A DNA stretch of 64,000 nucleotides from Callorhinchus milii. Taxonomy: Eukaryota. This document shows, one piece after another, positions 12,266 to 24,754 of this stretch (position 1 is its first letter; every line of letters starts with the position of its first letter). Location: positions 9,302,001 to 9,366,000 of the forward strand of contig NW_024704743.1 of assembly GCF_018977255.1 (NCBI RefSeq), in the 5' to 3' direction. Made by a program: the position numbers and the translations under genes. The notes beneath the pieces are model-generated. The model saw only the letters and a program-made list of their open reading frames with translations, was not told the origin of the DNA and did not search any database.

Positions 12266-15200
12266 CTAAGGTGCCTGAAACAACCCAAGGCAGAAATGTA
12301 TTTTAATTAAATGCAAGTGTTTTAATGTGTTATGTTCATTCCAGGCATTTAAGAAGCTACGAAGACATGAAGCATGGATGGGAGGATCCTTTGAACTGCG
12401 AGTGGTTTCCTTTCAATAGTCAGGCATCAACTGCAAGCTCATTGGGCAAGAGAGCAGAGGTGAAAGGAGAGATTTAAATCGCTGGAAGATCAGAGATGAA
12501 ACCAGAAAGGCATAAGAGGTTGATCATCATCTGAAAGAAGAAATTTGGTTAATGCGCTGGATGTGTCCTTCATCAAAGCTTCCGTCCTTCCGACCTCATA
12601 AACGGACAACAACAAGGGTGAGCAGAAGGGGTTATCAGTCGTTGTTGCTAACTCCATTGAAATCTTGTGCAGCACATCTGAAATCATGTAAAATGTGTGC
12701 ATAGAAACCTTGGTTTCCATGGAAACTGAGTATCCAGCTTCATGTCGCTGTGACCTTGGCTCCCACAATACAGCAGGCTTTGTTCTGTACAAAAATAGAC
12801 ACTTTCAGCTTTCATGGGAAAAGAGGGTACTATCCTTTTAGGGATGTGTGTAAGTGTGTGTGGAGGTGGTATTTCTAGTGTGGCAGATGAGAGCTTGTGT
12901 GGTTAATGTGCTGATCTTCTGACAATACAACACTTAAAGCAGCCATTCCCCTTTAACACGCTCGGTCCAAATCTATAATAACATGGTGGACGCAATAATC
13001 TTTATTGCCCATAATATTTCAGATGAGATATTCTGTGCTATAAGAAAAACTTTCCCTCCTACATCTCAATGCCTCATTGCCTCCCTTCCCTCTTTCAAAC
13101 CCCATAAAAACCTCTCTCTTTTTCTCAGTCTTCAAATATCTCCCACCTACACTTGATCTCCTACTTCATTTCTACCTAGCATTTTGAGAAGTGTTAGAAA
13201 CATGCAAATTATTACTGTTGTTCAATGCATAATTATACTTTAAAGGACGCATAGATGCCAGTGGGTCATGAAGCTACCAGGTATGTCAAAATGAAAATGC
13301 ACGTCAACCCACCTCATACCCACTGATGCTCTGATTTGAAAAGAGTTAGCTATAAGGCTCAGTGAGACCTAATCTACTCTATAACATGTCGTACCTACTA
13401 TTCAGTTTTACACTTGTGATAAACAGTACGACTAAGAATATAAGAAAATGTTGGACGAGGGAAAGCCGTTCGACTCTTCCAAGCTCACTTCTTCCACGAA
13501 CCATCCTATCATGGAACCCACGCCACACAGACACAAGAGGTGGTCATCAAAATGCAAGGATTATTATTATCATGCCTGTGATGGCACTCTGACAGAATCA
13601 TCGAGATAGTCCCATTTTCCTGCCTTTTCTCTAGACCCTACGACACACCTCCTTTGAGAATATTTACCTATTTCTCTCTTAAAAGCTAATATGAATTCAG
13701 TCTCGACTACAGTTCTAATATCAACCGCTCCGCAATATTTGCTCGTTGCTCGGCAGGAGGATCTTGAAGATGATCCGCTGCGGGGGAATTCCCCTCGCTG
13801 GGGTTTACTACAATTGTGGGGACAAAGTTGAAATTAAGCAGTCTGTAACAACTTCCACCCAGCTTTCTGTCACTGGCATCATATTAAATTAATGCCTGGA
13901 AGTATACTATAATTGCAAAGAAACCTTATTTTTAATTCAGAAATATCCATTAAAATTACTGATTTTCATATTGACAGAGTAGTGCCTCGACAATGCTGAA
14001 GTGCCAATCTTCAGATGAGACGTTAAACTGAGGTCCCGTCTATTTGTTCAGGTGGATGTTTAAGATCCCATGGCACTATTAAAAAAGAGAAGAGGGTTTC
14101 TCCCAGGGTCCTGGCCGACAATCCTCAAGATCTAACATCCTGGGGATGGAGAGAAGAGAGGAGAGGTACATAATTTTCTTTGGAAATGAAATGGCTTTCT
14201 TTAAGCTAACATGCTTGACAACAGAATGTCAGAATTGACTCAATTCTCTGAGGCAGCGAGGTGGGTCCACAGCACTCCAGGGCACTGCTACAACAGGCCA
14301 AGCAGCCTGACCAATCGATAGGACTTGGAGGGGTAGGTCATTGGGAGCAGGGATTCTTCCCACCACAGAAGAAAAGATAAATAGACTGAATGCATTGCTT
14401 TTTCAAAGAGCCAGCAGAGACACAATGGGCTTAATGGCCTTTTCTATGCAGTAAGTTTCTATGGTTCTAAACGGGCAGCACTGTAAGCCACTAGGGTATC
14501 ATTTCCAGTGTTTCTATTGACTACCATACTGACGGTATCCAAGGGCTTTTGCTCCTTACCATCAAATACGTACAAGCTACAAAACTTAGCAGAATTTATA
14601 AAATGCACCAGCACATCTCCATTTTGACTACCTGCCAAGAAATACCCAGATCCAGAAAGGCGCCATGAGCATTCTTATCTCTCCAGCCCACCAGCATACT
14701 TCCCTTTGTAAAATATTTCCAAAAACAAGAAATGCATTTATTAACTGCATGTTTGACATGCAAGGATACACTTGATACTATCCATCATGTAAAAATGTGG
14801 GATTAGAGGTCGCACACTGAAGCCATCAAGCATATAATACAGTACCACTACAACTCTGGCATCACTTGAATGCTAATTGAGATCACCATGTTCGTACATT
14901 TGGGTCTAATACCAGCAGGCACCAAATAGTCATTTTCTTTTATACTTTGGCCGAGTTGCTTGGCACCCTCACTTAAACCGATTCTCGGTTCAGGTGGCAT
15001 GTTAAGCTAAGCTCCAAACAAAATAAATGTTCTTGATTGAATATTTCTTGATTTATAACCACAAATCAAGAACTATTCAATCAAGAAAAAAAATGAAAAT
15101 ACACCACCGATCAATCGAACACGGACTTAACCTAGACTTGTGCAAATGTTCAGGCAGATGCTATTTGATGGCCGCATGGGCCACTTCTGGCCCACGGGCT

Positions 15201-16809
15201 ACAGGTTGGCCACCACTGCTCCAAGGAGACCCTGCTTACCTCCACCCCAAGGAGGTAGTCCCTTGTCATATGACATTCGACAAGCACTGGTTTGAGCCCT
15301 CACTTAATATCAGGAACTGCCATCAAACACCTTGGTGAGCATGAAATGTGCAAAAGGCACCATCCTCCTGCCCACAACTCAGACACACATCCCTACCCAT
15401 CGGACAATTGATCCACCATTTGGAGGTGCAGAGTATAGCAGCTGCTTGCCATACTGTCTACAATTAAGGTGGACACCAAGCCCTGGATATACAAGTGTGT
15501 GTTCACAAACCCACAGTCGAGGTAATGTCTTCCAGCAACTCTCATCCCAAGCCTCAGAGATTCTTCATCAGCCATTCAACAGACACTTGTCTGTCTTCAG
15601 CTTGGTGGGAGGACCTTTGCAGAACAGCTTGTAACAAGTCAGCTAACTTGATGACTCATTGGCATTTCTTAACAGATGGGTGGCAGATGTGAAATTATCG
15701 AATGTCTAAAATTTACAGAATATGATGGAGTACAAATGATTATAAAATATCATTAACTGGGTTCTGCAGCACCTCAACTTTTTTTAAAATTACACATTTC
15801 TTAAGAAACCTGTCCAAAAAATACCGCAAACTACAAACCTCAATGCGCTTTTGAATTTTACATCAACTTTCAAACAACAATCGAGCTCAGAACAAACCCC
15901 ACTTATCCAAACAAGTTAGACCATAATCCAATTATCAGAGTTTTAGAACATTAAAAGCTCTTCTTGTTCATTCCAGCAGGATTTAGTTTATGAGTCGATT
16001 TAAATTCCTAATTGTTTTGAGGTTAAAACTGTCACAGATAGGCACAACTACTTTGAATAACACTCACACGCACAGCATTTCCTTAATTCTTTGCAGAGCT
16101 GGCTGAGAAGTGGGAGTCTCTGCGATTACTTTTATGAATAGCAAAATATATTAATATCTGAACAGCTTTGAACTTCAAAGTTAATCCTTTAATTTATTTT
16201 TACCTGTTCTCCCAACATCCTTACAATCAGGTCTCATTGATTTCCACCTTCTTTACACTACATCCCTGCTAATTTGGTTTGTTTTTCTTATTAACTTGCC
16301 ACGCGCAAGGTTATTGCACAGTGCCCATTACCAGCATAGCCTCTGTACACATTAATGTTCCTGGCTTATGGGTGACAGGTCTGACTGTAGGAATCATTCC
16401 TACTAATCCATCAGTGTTCAAATCCACACAGCGGGATATACAATGCAACCATAGCAACGGTTTTACCCACACTTAATTCATCCACAACCCAAGAACTGTC
16501 TGAAGTAGAATTAAAATTACAATTATACCTCGCATCGCTGGGACCTTCAGGCCACATTTTCACAGGAACCATTCCCCTCCTTCCTCCACCTCTCCCATTC
16601 AATAACCAAAATCCCAAACCAGCTAAAAAGGACAGAATAGATCAGTCTTTTGATTGCCCTTACCTGCTACTTTTCATTGTAAAAAGAAAGCCACCTAGTT
16701 CAGAAATACGATGAGGCTCCAGGCTAATGTCTTGTGAGTTTCATGCAAAGATTCAAAAGCTTCCTGTTGCTTATAGTTAGGACCACCCTACCTGTTAGGG
16801 CTATGGTTG

Positions 16810-17050
16810 AAGCTCTCTGGGATGCTACCCTGCGTGAGGGGCGCTATTTAAATGCAAGTTGTTGTTGTTATGGTAGCTTTAGAACTCTCTCCCCCAAACC
16901 CTCTGCCTTGCCCCCTCCTTTTACTTCGACCTTGCTTACAGTCACCTCCTCCCTCCCGCAGCTCAGCATCAGGCTCTGCCACTATTAAGTGCTCCAAGAC
17001 GCTACTCCATGTGAAGGGCGCTATATAAATGCAAGTTGCTGTTGTTGTCA
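16810..17050 (+). mobile_element. Two tandem short L2 3' ends
   Basis: Two copies ending gggcgctat.taaatgcaagttg(ttg)n at about 16869 and 17049. Confidence 0.75.
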
Positions 17051-18142
17051 TCATAGTAACGTTAACAGGTGCGAGTGGGAAGACTATTTGCTCCCAGTGT
17101 CCCAGCGCTGATGAGCCAGACTAGCTGATCTGTCATCAGCAATGTTTTGGAGTACTGTAAACCCTCCCGACTGAGACCACCACAGACAGTTGACTCTATT
17201 CCAACATTCTGTTGCCAAGCACACCACCTTGAAGTCAGCTTCAGCTGCAAAAAAAACCCTGCTTAGTTTCCTCCCACTCACTCTCCCCCGACCCACAAAC
17301 ACACACATTGAAGGAAGATAATCATTGGAAGAATATGGTTATTATGTCCCTCTATGCCACGTACTAACTGACAAGTTTTCATTCTGCTATATTCCATAGG
17401 TACACAGTTGATCAGTAATGTACGAGTTCATAAACATGAATAAAATTATTGAAAACAGTTTCTGCTTGCAGAAATGTTTTTTTGTCATTCTAATTTTCTT
17501 CAGTCGCTACCGGGGCAGCAGTAAGCAGCAACCTTTAAATGTATTATTATTACTGTAAAAGCAAAGGGTCTTAGTAGTCATGTGTGAAGTTTGCATTGGC
17601 ATTGTCTCCATTTGTCTCCAAACTATTTTGCAGTCAGATCAAAGGAAGTTGGGTTTATAATTCTTACATTTGATATTTTTATGTATAACGTTAACTGTCA
17701 CCAGTTTAACATTAAGGGCCACCAGTTTAGCGTTCACTAACTTGATAGGATTATTTTACACACCATCCATTTGCTTCGTCCAAACTTACAGCCATGTTTT
17801 AAAGCCACATTAGATGATCTGATTGTAAATGAGATGACCATCTGTGGCGCTCAGTACATTGACACTCAGCAGATTTTAAATGTAAAAAGGTGTACTTCAG
17901 TGGATTTCAGGTCCATTTGGTTACTGTTTGATGCTGTAAATGAGTTAAGACTGTACTTTCCTGAAATGGAAAACAAATTCTGAGCAAGAATCACAATCTA
18001 TATAAATACATCTCAATCACTCTGCGAGTGGAATTTAAAGGAAAGCTGAACTGTTATTTCCACGCTCTTCATTTCCTCTATTTAACCCTTTCCAAATGTT
18101 ACATTCGTGCAGGCAAGCGCTCCCAGAAGTAACCCCCTTTTA

Positions 18143-18375
18143 CGTCAGGAGGATGTCCCAAGGCCATGGACAATCAGTGTTCCGGATCCGAGTTGAGGGT
18201 TGGGATCAGGGAGGGTGGAAGGCAGGGGGGGTTGAAGGGTGACCGAAGGCACGCCGAAGAGGAGGGTCTTGAGACGGGTCTTGAAGGAGGTAATGGAGGG
18301 GCTAGGCGGAGGGACTGCGGGATGGAGTTCCAGAGGGTGGGGGCAGAGTGGCTGAAGTCCCGCCCACCAATGATG
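18143..18375 (-). mobile_element. L2 3' fragment
   Basis: ORF reads GGRDFSHSAPTLWNSIPQSLRLAP, the L2 ORF2 C-terminus. Confidence 0.85.
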
Positions 18376-18834
18376 CGCATGCATAGGCCATCGGTCCATA
18401 GCCTATTCATCCAAACCAATAGCAAGCCAACAGTTACTGGACACGCTGCAATTAATTTTTACAACTTGCAATCTATTATGGCCCTTCAATTACCTATCTA
18501 CATTCAAGGTTAGTGTTATGAAGTCTCTCTGCATTTACTTGTTTTTAAGCCCTCTGATATTAAAATTCAATCCAATAAAACCAGACAAGTATCTCCAAAA
18601 GATATTTTCCATAACTTAGGTGTCAGGCAAACAGTCTTCAGTAAGACATTAAGACAGATGTAGAAGTTCCAGCAAGATCCACAGGAGGAAGTGCTATGCA
18701 TGAGGGCAGATTGACTAAAGCAAGTGAAAGCAAAGTGTGAACTGAGTCTCTCTGTCCCACTTTGGTCACATCCTCATTAGCAATTACAGCCGCAAAATCA
18801 GCTGCCTGACATCTGGATCAGATAATCATAGAGT

Positions 18835-18967
18835 TTGGGTGTGTGCGTATGTGGGTGTGCGCGTATGTGAGTGTGTGCGTATGTGGTGTGTGCATATGTG
18901 ATGTGTGAATATGTGATGTGATGTGTGGTGTGTGTACATGTCGTGTGTGTGAGTATGTGTGTGGCAG

Positions 18968-18999
<32 letters not shown>

Positions 19000-19000
19000 T
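18835..19000. repeat. (GT)-rich then (GA)n microsatellite
   Basis: Directly visible. Confidence 0.9.
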
Positions 19001-19824
19001 AATATGTGCCGGGTGGAGGAGTGGGTCAAAAGGAGCTTGCACTAAAATAAACTGGATGTCTTTTGCAATGACTGGTCATATATAGTTTCAATCTTTTCAT
19101 AGAAATTGCAGAACAGCACAGAAAAAGACCGCTCAATCCATCGAACCTAAGCCAGCTTCTCCAATAGAGCTGCCGGCTGTAATAAAAGGCATAAGCGAAA
19201 GGTTTCAGGGATCAAAAATCTAGCTAGGTTGTGTATTACAGCACAACTTTAAAATACTTTGAATCTGGTATAGGGTTACAAGTAAATCATGGTTTTGTTT
19301 GCTTGACGCAATACACATTAGCTACCGGCAGGATTTGATAATTATGATATTTGTTTTGGCCTGAAATAAATCGAGGTCGACAGAAACTTCAGTCTTCCTG
19401 CGCCAACTAGTTCTGCAAATCTTCAGCACATGCAACATGAGCTGCAAGGAAGTCACCCCACAACAGTTTAAATGTCAATCTCACTGACTCCAAATAAACG
19501 CGATTCAGATCGAATTGTAGAATTCCAAAGCAATGAAAAACATCTCTCATTCACTCTTGTAGTATGAAGCCTGCCTCAGTTTCTGCTTTTTGGCCAATGT
19601 CCTCTTCTCTCCTGCAGTCACTGACTCTGTTCTTGGGGGGAGGTTTATAGGACCAACAGCTCTCCAAACCCTCAGACAGGTGGCTGCTTTTCAAACACAA
19701 GCCTACGCTTGCACAAGGCCACACCACAATGGACCGCACCACAAGGAAATGTCCAGATCCAGTCCTCACAAATGATTACAATAGCAATTTGCAATTATAC
19801 ATTACTGTTCACACAGAATAACAG

Positions 19825-20112
19825 AATGTATTGTAAAGTGGATTGAGTGTGTATTTTGTGGGCAAAACACAGCAGCCAATTGCACACAGCAGTGTCCCAT
19901 AAAACAGTCATGCAGTGAGTGACCATATTCTTGGGGGGAGGAATTATTACTCCACAAAGCGATCTGCCAGTTGACTAATAACCAGGATCCTACTTACTGC
20001 TAAGTAAACAGAGGGTTGTGGAGTAAGAAAACTTGCCCAATGTTTCGCCCTGCCCGGGAATTGAACTTAGGTCCTCTCACTTGCGAGGTGAGCACACGAA
20101 CCGCTATTCCAC
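19825..20112 (-). mobile_element. tRNA-derived SINE family A
   Basis: Reverse complement of the 2885-3200 element. Confidence 0.85.
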
Positions 20113-20629
20113 GCATAGCTGGAAGTTTAAAAGTGGCTCTGCCCAGTCCCTGAACTGTAGCCTTCTTCCTCACCTCAGATGGCTGAGTTCTTTCCCTCAA
20201 AACATTGGAAAACGATTCTCTTCTGAAAATTATCTCAGAACACAATCTTAAAAATGATCATAAATAAAAAAAATCAAGTGGTTTTTAGGAGCACAGTGCT
20301 GAATGGTTATTGCTCACTCCAGGTCATATCTGCAACCATTACAGCAGCTTTTAGCATTTAAAAGCAGAGAAGTCAATATTCATTTTATCGCACCATGCAG
20401 CTAACATGCCAGTCCTTCAACTGCACCAAGATAATTTGTTAAACACTGAAGAAAATCAGTCTCTTTGGGACAGCAGAGAGTATCTGACCCACTTGGCATT
20501 TCCTTGAAGCGTGTGGCCCTCTTTGGAAAACCCAAGTTGTAAATGGAAAGCTAATGGAATGGGGAATCTTTTACCTATTACACCTATGGGTCAAACCGAG
20601 CAGTCCGCCAACTAACTCTGTTATTCTTA

Positions 20630-20983
20630 TTAAGAAGAATCTTGCATTTGATATAGTACTTTTCACGTCTTCTAGACGTCTCAAAGCGCTTCACAGAATA
20701 TACTGTAAAGTGAACTGACTGTATATTTGTGAGCAAAATGTGGCAGCCAATTGCGCACAGCAGTGCCCCACAAACAGCCATGGACTGAGTGACCAAATTA
20801 TTATTGTTTTTTTTTACCGATTTTTACCCCCGGAAAAGCGATCCTCCAATCCACAACCAACCAGGTTCCTACTTACTGCTAGGTAAACAGGCCTGTGGAG
20901 TAGGAAACTTGCCCAACGTTTTACCCTGCTGGGTCTCCTGCTTGTGAGGCGAACGTTCTAACCACTGAGTTACAGGACTCCAC
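20630..20983 (-). mobile_element. tRNA-derived SINE family A, near full length
   Basis: Tail aatcttgcatttgatatag through head aaccactgagttacaggactccac. Confidence 0.88.
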
Positions 20984-21021
20984 AAGGTATTGGGTAAATG
21001 GCATGCACTAAATGCCAAATA

Positions 21022-21449
21022 TAATAATAATCCTTGCATTTCATATAGCAAATTATTACGTTATTGAGAAGTCTCAAAAGCACCTCACAAGATTTACTGT
21101 AAAGTAGTGTGATTTATTTTGGAGTGAATGCAGCAGCACACAGCAATGTCCCACAAACAGCCATGGATTGAGTAACCAATTTTATTTGCAGGATTGTTGG
21201 CCAGAACACTGGAAGTAACTCCCTTCTCTTGTTGAATAGTGCCATGGGATCTTTAATGTCAACCTGAACATGTCAACCTAAAATAAAGTTTAACATCCCA
21301 CCCACCCAAAGAACAGTATCTCCAACAAATGCAGCACACCCTCAGTACTGCATTGGAGTATCATCTTATACTATATGGGTTCCTAGTCCTGATGAAGAGC
21401 TTGGAATCACAACCACCTGACTCAGAGACAAGAGTGCTACCAACTGACA
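21022..21449 (-). mobile_element. Deu-core SINE, near full length
   Basis: aatagtgccatgggatctttaatgtcaacctgaaca core; head gagtgctaccaactgac. Confidence 0.85.
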
Positions 21450-21709
21450 CACAAACAGTATGATGAAGGAGTCATTTGGTTACATTTGCAGGCATTTCTC
21501 CAGAATTTCACTTGAAACATTTTTATAAATAAAATGCATAAGAATCGAGACCTTTGCAGGGAACTTAGAGGGTTTTCTGTTCAGCTACCAAACAAAAAAT
21601 TGAATATAAAAAAATGTGCCTGTGGAGGGGTATACAGTTTCAGAGTATGTTACAATGCCTGAAGGCTTTTATGAACATATTCTTTTTATGAAAGCATTTC
21701 CTTCGCCAG

Positions 21710-21900
21710 TTTCTCTCTTCCTTTCCTCAAGGCGTCCGATTAATTTTTCTTTCTATTGAGATATTGTTCCACACTGGTTCCAAGTCATTGGAGAGGCTAT
21801 TCTCCATGTTGAGTCACGACAGGGATCACCTGCAGGCTCTTCAATCGCAGGGGGCGGCTCAATGGCAGAGGTGCACAACCTGCCTTCACACATCCTTTCC
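21710..21900 (-). mobile_element. Ancient SINE relic (AmnSINE2-like, name tentative)
   Basis: Similar in reverse to 55180-55457 (ccttcaggagaggaagggagaaa end). Confidence 0.4.
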
Positions 21901-22039
21901 ATTGCTTTTTTTTATAATAATAAATAATACCTGCATTTGACATAAGCTAATGACCTCCTGAAGTGAAACGCGCAAAACAATGTCATTTGTCATTGCTTCC
22001 TTTCCAAGGTCCTAAAACGAGACATTGCTTCCCAGCTTC

Positions 22040-22325
22040 ACTCCTTCCTCTCCCGCCACTCCCTTCTCAAACCCCTCCAATCGGGTTTCCATACCTCCAC
22101 AGCACAGAAACAGCTTTGGTCAAAGTGACAAATGATTTTTTTGTCCATCTGTGATCAGGGCTCCCTCTGCCTCCTCATCCTCCTTGACATCTCTGCTGCC
22201 TTTATACCGTTGACCACTCTATCCTCCTCCACCGCCTCTCCTCTCACCTCAAACTTCACGGTTCTGTCCTTGAATGGTTCAGATCCTATCTCTCACACCG
22301 TCTCCAATTCATCTGCACAAAATTT
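22040..22325 (+). mobile_element. L2 RT fragment (5' part of an element interrupted by CR1)
   Basis: Reads HSTETALVKVTND...CDQGSLCLLILLDISAAF. Confidence 0.88.
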
Positions 22326-22329
22326 CTCC

Positions 22330-23469
22330 TAGGTTACTGAGGGAAGTAAGGATGGAAATAACGGAAGCTCCGGACACAATCCAGTAGCATGGACACAGAA
22401 TGGCTGGGAGACAGAAAGCAGAGTGGTGATAAACAATTGTTCTTCTGACTAGAGGCAAGTGTGCAGTGGTGTCCCCCAGGGGTCAGTATTGGGACCACTG
22501 CCGTTTTTGATCTGTATAAATGACCTGAACTTGGGTATAGGGAGTACAATTTCCAAGTTTGCAGATGATACAAAACTAGGAAAAGTAGTAAACAGTGAGG
22601 ATAGTAGCAGACTGTAAATGGACATAGACAGACTGGTAACATGGGCAGACACATGGCAGATGAAGTTTAATGTGGAGAATTGTGAAATGATGCATTTTGG
22701 AAGGAAGAATGAGGAGAGGCAATATAAGCTGATGGTCGAATCTTAAAGGGGTGAAGGGACAGAGAGACCTGGGGCTTCATATAAGCAAATCTTTGAAGGT
22801 GGCAGGACAGGTAGATAAAGCTGTTAAAAAAGCAAAGGGGGATACTAGGCTTTATAAATAGGGGCACAGAATACAAAAGTCAGGAAGTTATGATGAACCT
22901 TTATAAATCACTGGTTAGGCCTCAGTTAGAGACTGTGTTCAATTCTGGGCATCACACTTTAGGAAGGATGTCAAGGCATTGGATAGTGTGCACAGCATTT
23001 ACCAGGATGGTACCAGGAATGAGGGACTTCAATTATCAGGAGAGGCTAGAGAAGCGAGGATTATTCTCCTTGGAGCAGAGAAGGTTAAGAGGAGACTTAA
23101 TAGAAGTTTTAAAAATTATGAGGGGGTTTGATAGGGTGAACAAGGAGAAACTATTTCCATCGCGGGTTGGTCGGTAATCCAAGGTCACCGATTTAAAATA
23201 GTTGTTGAAAGAAACAGAGGGGAGGTGAGGGGAAATCGTTTTTACACAGCGAGTTGTTTGGATCTGGAATGCATTTCTTGAAAGGATGGTGGAAGCCAAT
23301 TCGATATCAACTTTTAAGAGAGAAGTAGATAATTATTTGGGGAGGAGTTTGTTTGTAGGGCTATGGGGAGAGAGTGGGGGAGTGGGATTGAATTGGATAG
23401 CTCTTTTCAAAGAACCGGCACAGACATGATGGGCCGAATGGCCTCCTTCTGTCTGTATGATTCTATGAC
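22330..23469 (+). mobile_element. CR1 LINE, 5'-truncated, with intact 3' tail
   Basis: [57 protein letters not shown]; ends ttctgtctgtatgattctatga. Confidence 0.93.
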
Positions 23470-24130
23470 ACCCAACTCTATCTCTGCCTCCACCCTTCAC
23501 TCCACGACCACTGCTGTCCTGACAGAATGTCTGTCAGACATCCTGGATGAGCGCTAACTTTCTACAGTTGAACATCAATAAGACCGAGGCCCTCCTGATG
23601 GTCTCCCGTCAGTGCCTCCACACCTCAGGCACTGGTAACATCAGCATCCAAGGATGCACACTCCACCTTAGTAAGCCAGTCCAGAACCTTGGCATCTTGT
23701 TTGACCCTCAATTATCCTTTGTACACGACATCCGTGTCATGACTGTCTCTGCCTTCCCCCACCTCTGCAACATCGCCCGGCTCCGCCACTGTCTCACACT
23801 GCAGGCAGCCAAGACCCTCAAACACACATTCATAACATCCAGGCTTGACTATCCAAACTCCCTGCTTGTCAGCCACCCCAACTCCACTCTGCCCCCACCT
23901 TCTGGAACTCCATCCCGCAGTCCCTCCACCTCGCCCCTCCCTTGCTTCCATCAAGACCCGTCTCAAGACACTCTTCGATCGTGCCTTTAATCACCCTCCA
24001 TCCCCCCCTACCCTCTACCCTCGTCGATCCTGACCTCCAGTTCGGGTCCATAACACTGATTCTCCAGCTTCTTGAGACGTCCTCTCGACGTAAAAGGCGC
24101 TATACAAATGTCATTTTTTGTTGTTGTTGA
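23470..24130 (+). mobile_element. L2 RT/3' fragment (continuation after the CR1)
   Basis: TQLY...NFLQLNINKTEALL...NLGILFDPQLSF...FITSRLDY; ends ggcgctatacaaatgtc...(gtt)n. Confidence 0.9.
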
Positions 24131-24623
24131 TTGCCTTTCACTTTGGGAGAAAGCGCTTCACAAGAAGTCAATTCACTTTACTGTATATTCTGCGAAGATC
24201 TTTGAGCCGTCTACGAGCACGTAAAAAGCGCTATACCAAATGCAAGGATTATTATTATTTATTATTATGCAAATAAAATAGCCAATTTGTGCACTGCAAT
24301 GTCCCACCAACAACCATGTATAATAATGATAATAATAATAATCCTTGCATTTGATGCAACTCTTTAGCATGTTGTTGAGGCATCTCAAAGCGCTTCACAG
24401 GATATACTGTAAACGGGTGTGACTGGATATTTTGTGGGTGAACAAAATATCTGGGGGGTTATTATCCAGGACACTGGCAGAAATCCCTTTCCAAAAAGTA
24501 CTCAATACTGCTAGACAGCTGCCGAACTACTTAACAGACTTGACTTTTATATTTGGACAGCAAATCAGACTGCAAGATGCATTTCACATGTGACGCAAAT
24601 TAAACCCAATCCAGAAAGAAAAT

Positions 24624-24754
24624 ATATAATACTGCAGATGCTGGAAATCTGAAATCTGACGAAGGGTCGTGGACCCGAAACGTTGACTCACTTTCCTTTC
24701 TCCATAGATGCTGCCTGACCTGCCAAGTGTTCCCAGTGACTTCTGTTTTTGTTA
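24624..24754 (+). mobile_element. Short Penelope-like non-autonomous insertion with hammerhead-like core, flanked by a 12-bp TSD
   Basis: Direct repeats CAGAAAGAAAAT at 24612-24623 and 24755-24766. Contains CTGACGA-A-GGGTC-GTG-GACCC-GAAAC-GTT at 24656-24684. Confidence 0.7.

Noticed and set aside
12490..12792. 100-aa minus-strand ORF in unique sequence
   Set aside because: No recognisable homology or convincing splice boundaries; length is within chance.
15130..15222. hAT-like terminus ggttggccaccactg
   Set aside because: Only one end is recognisable and there is no TSD; too degraded to delimit.
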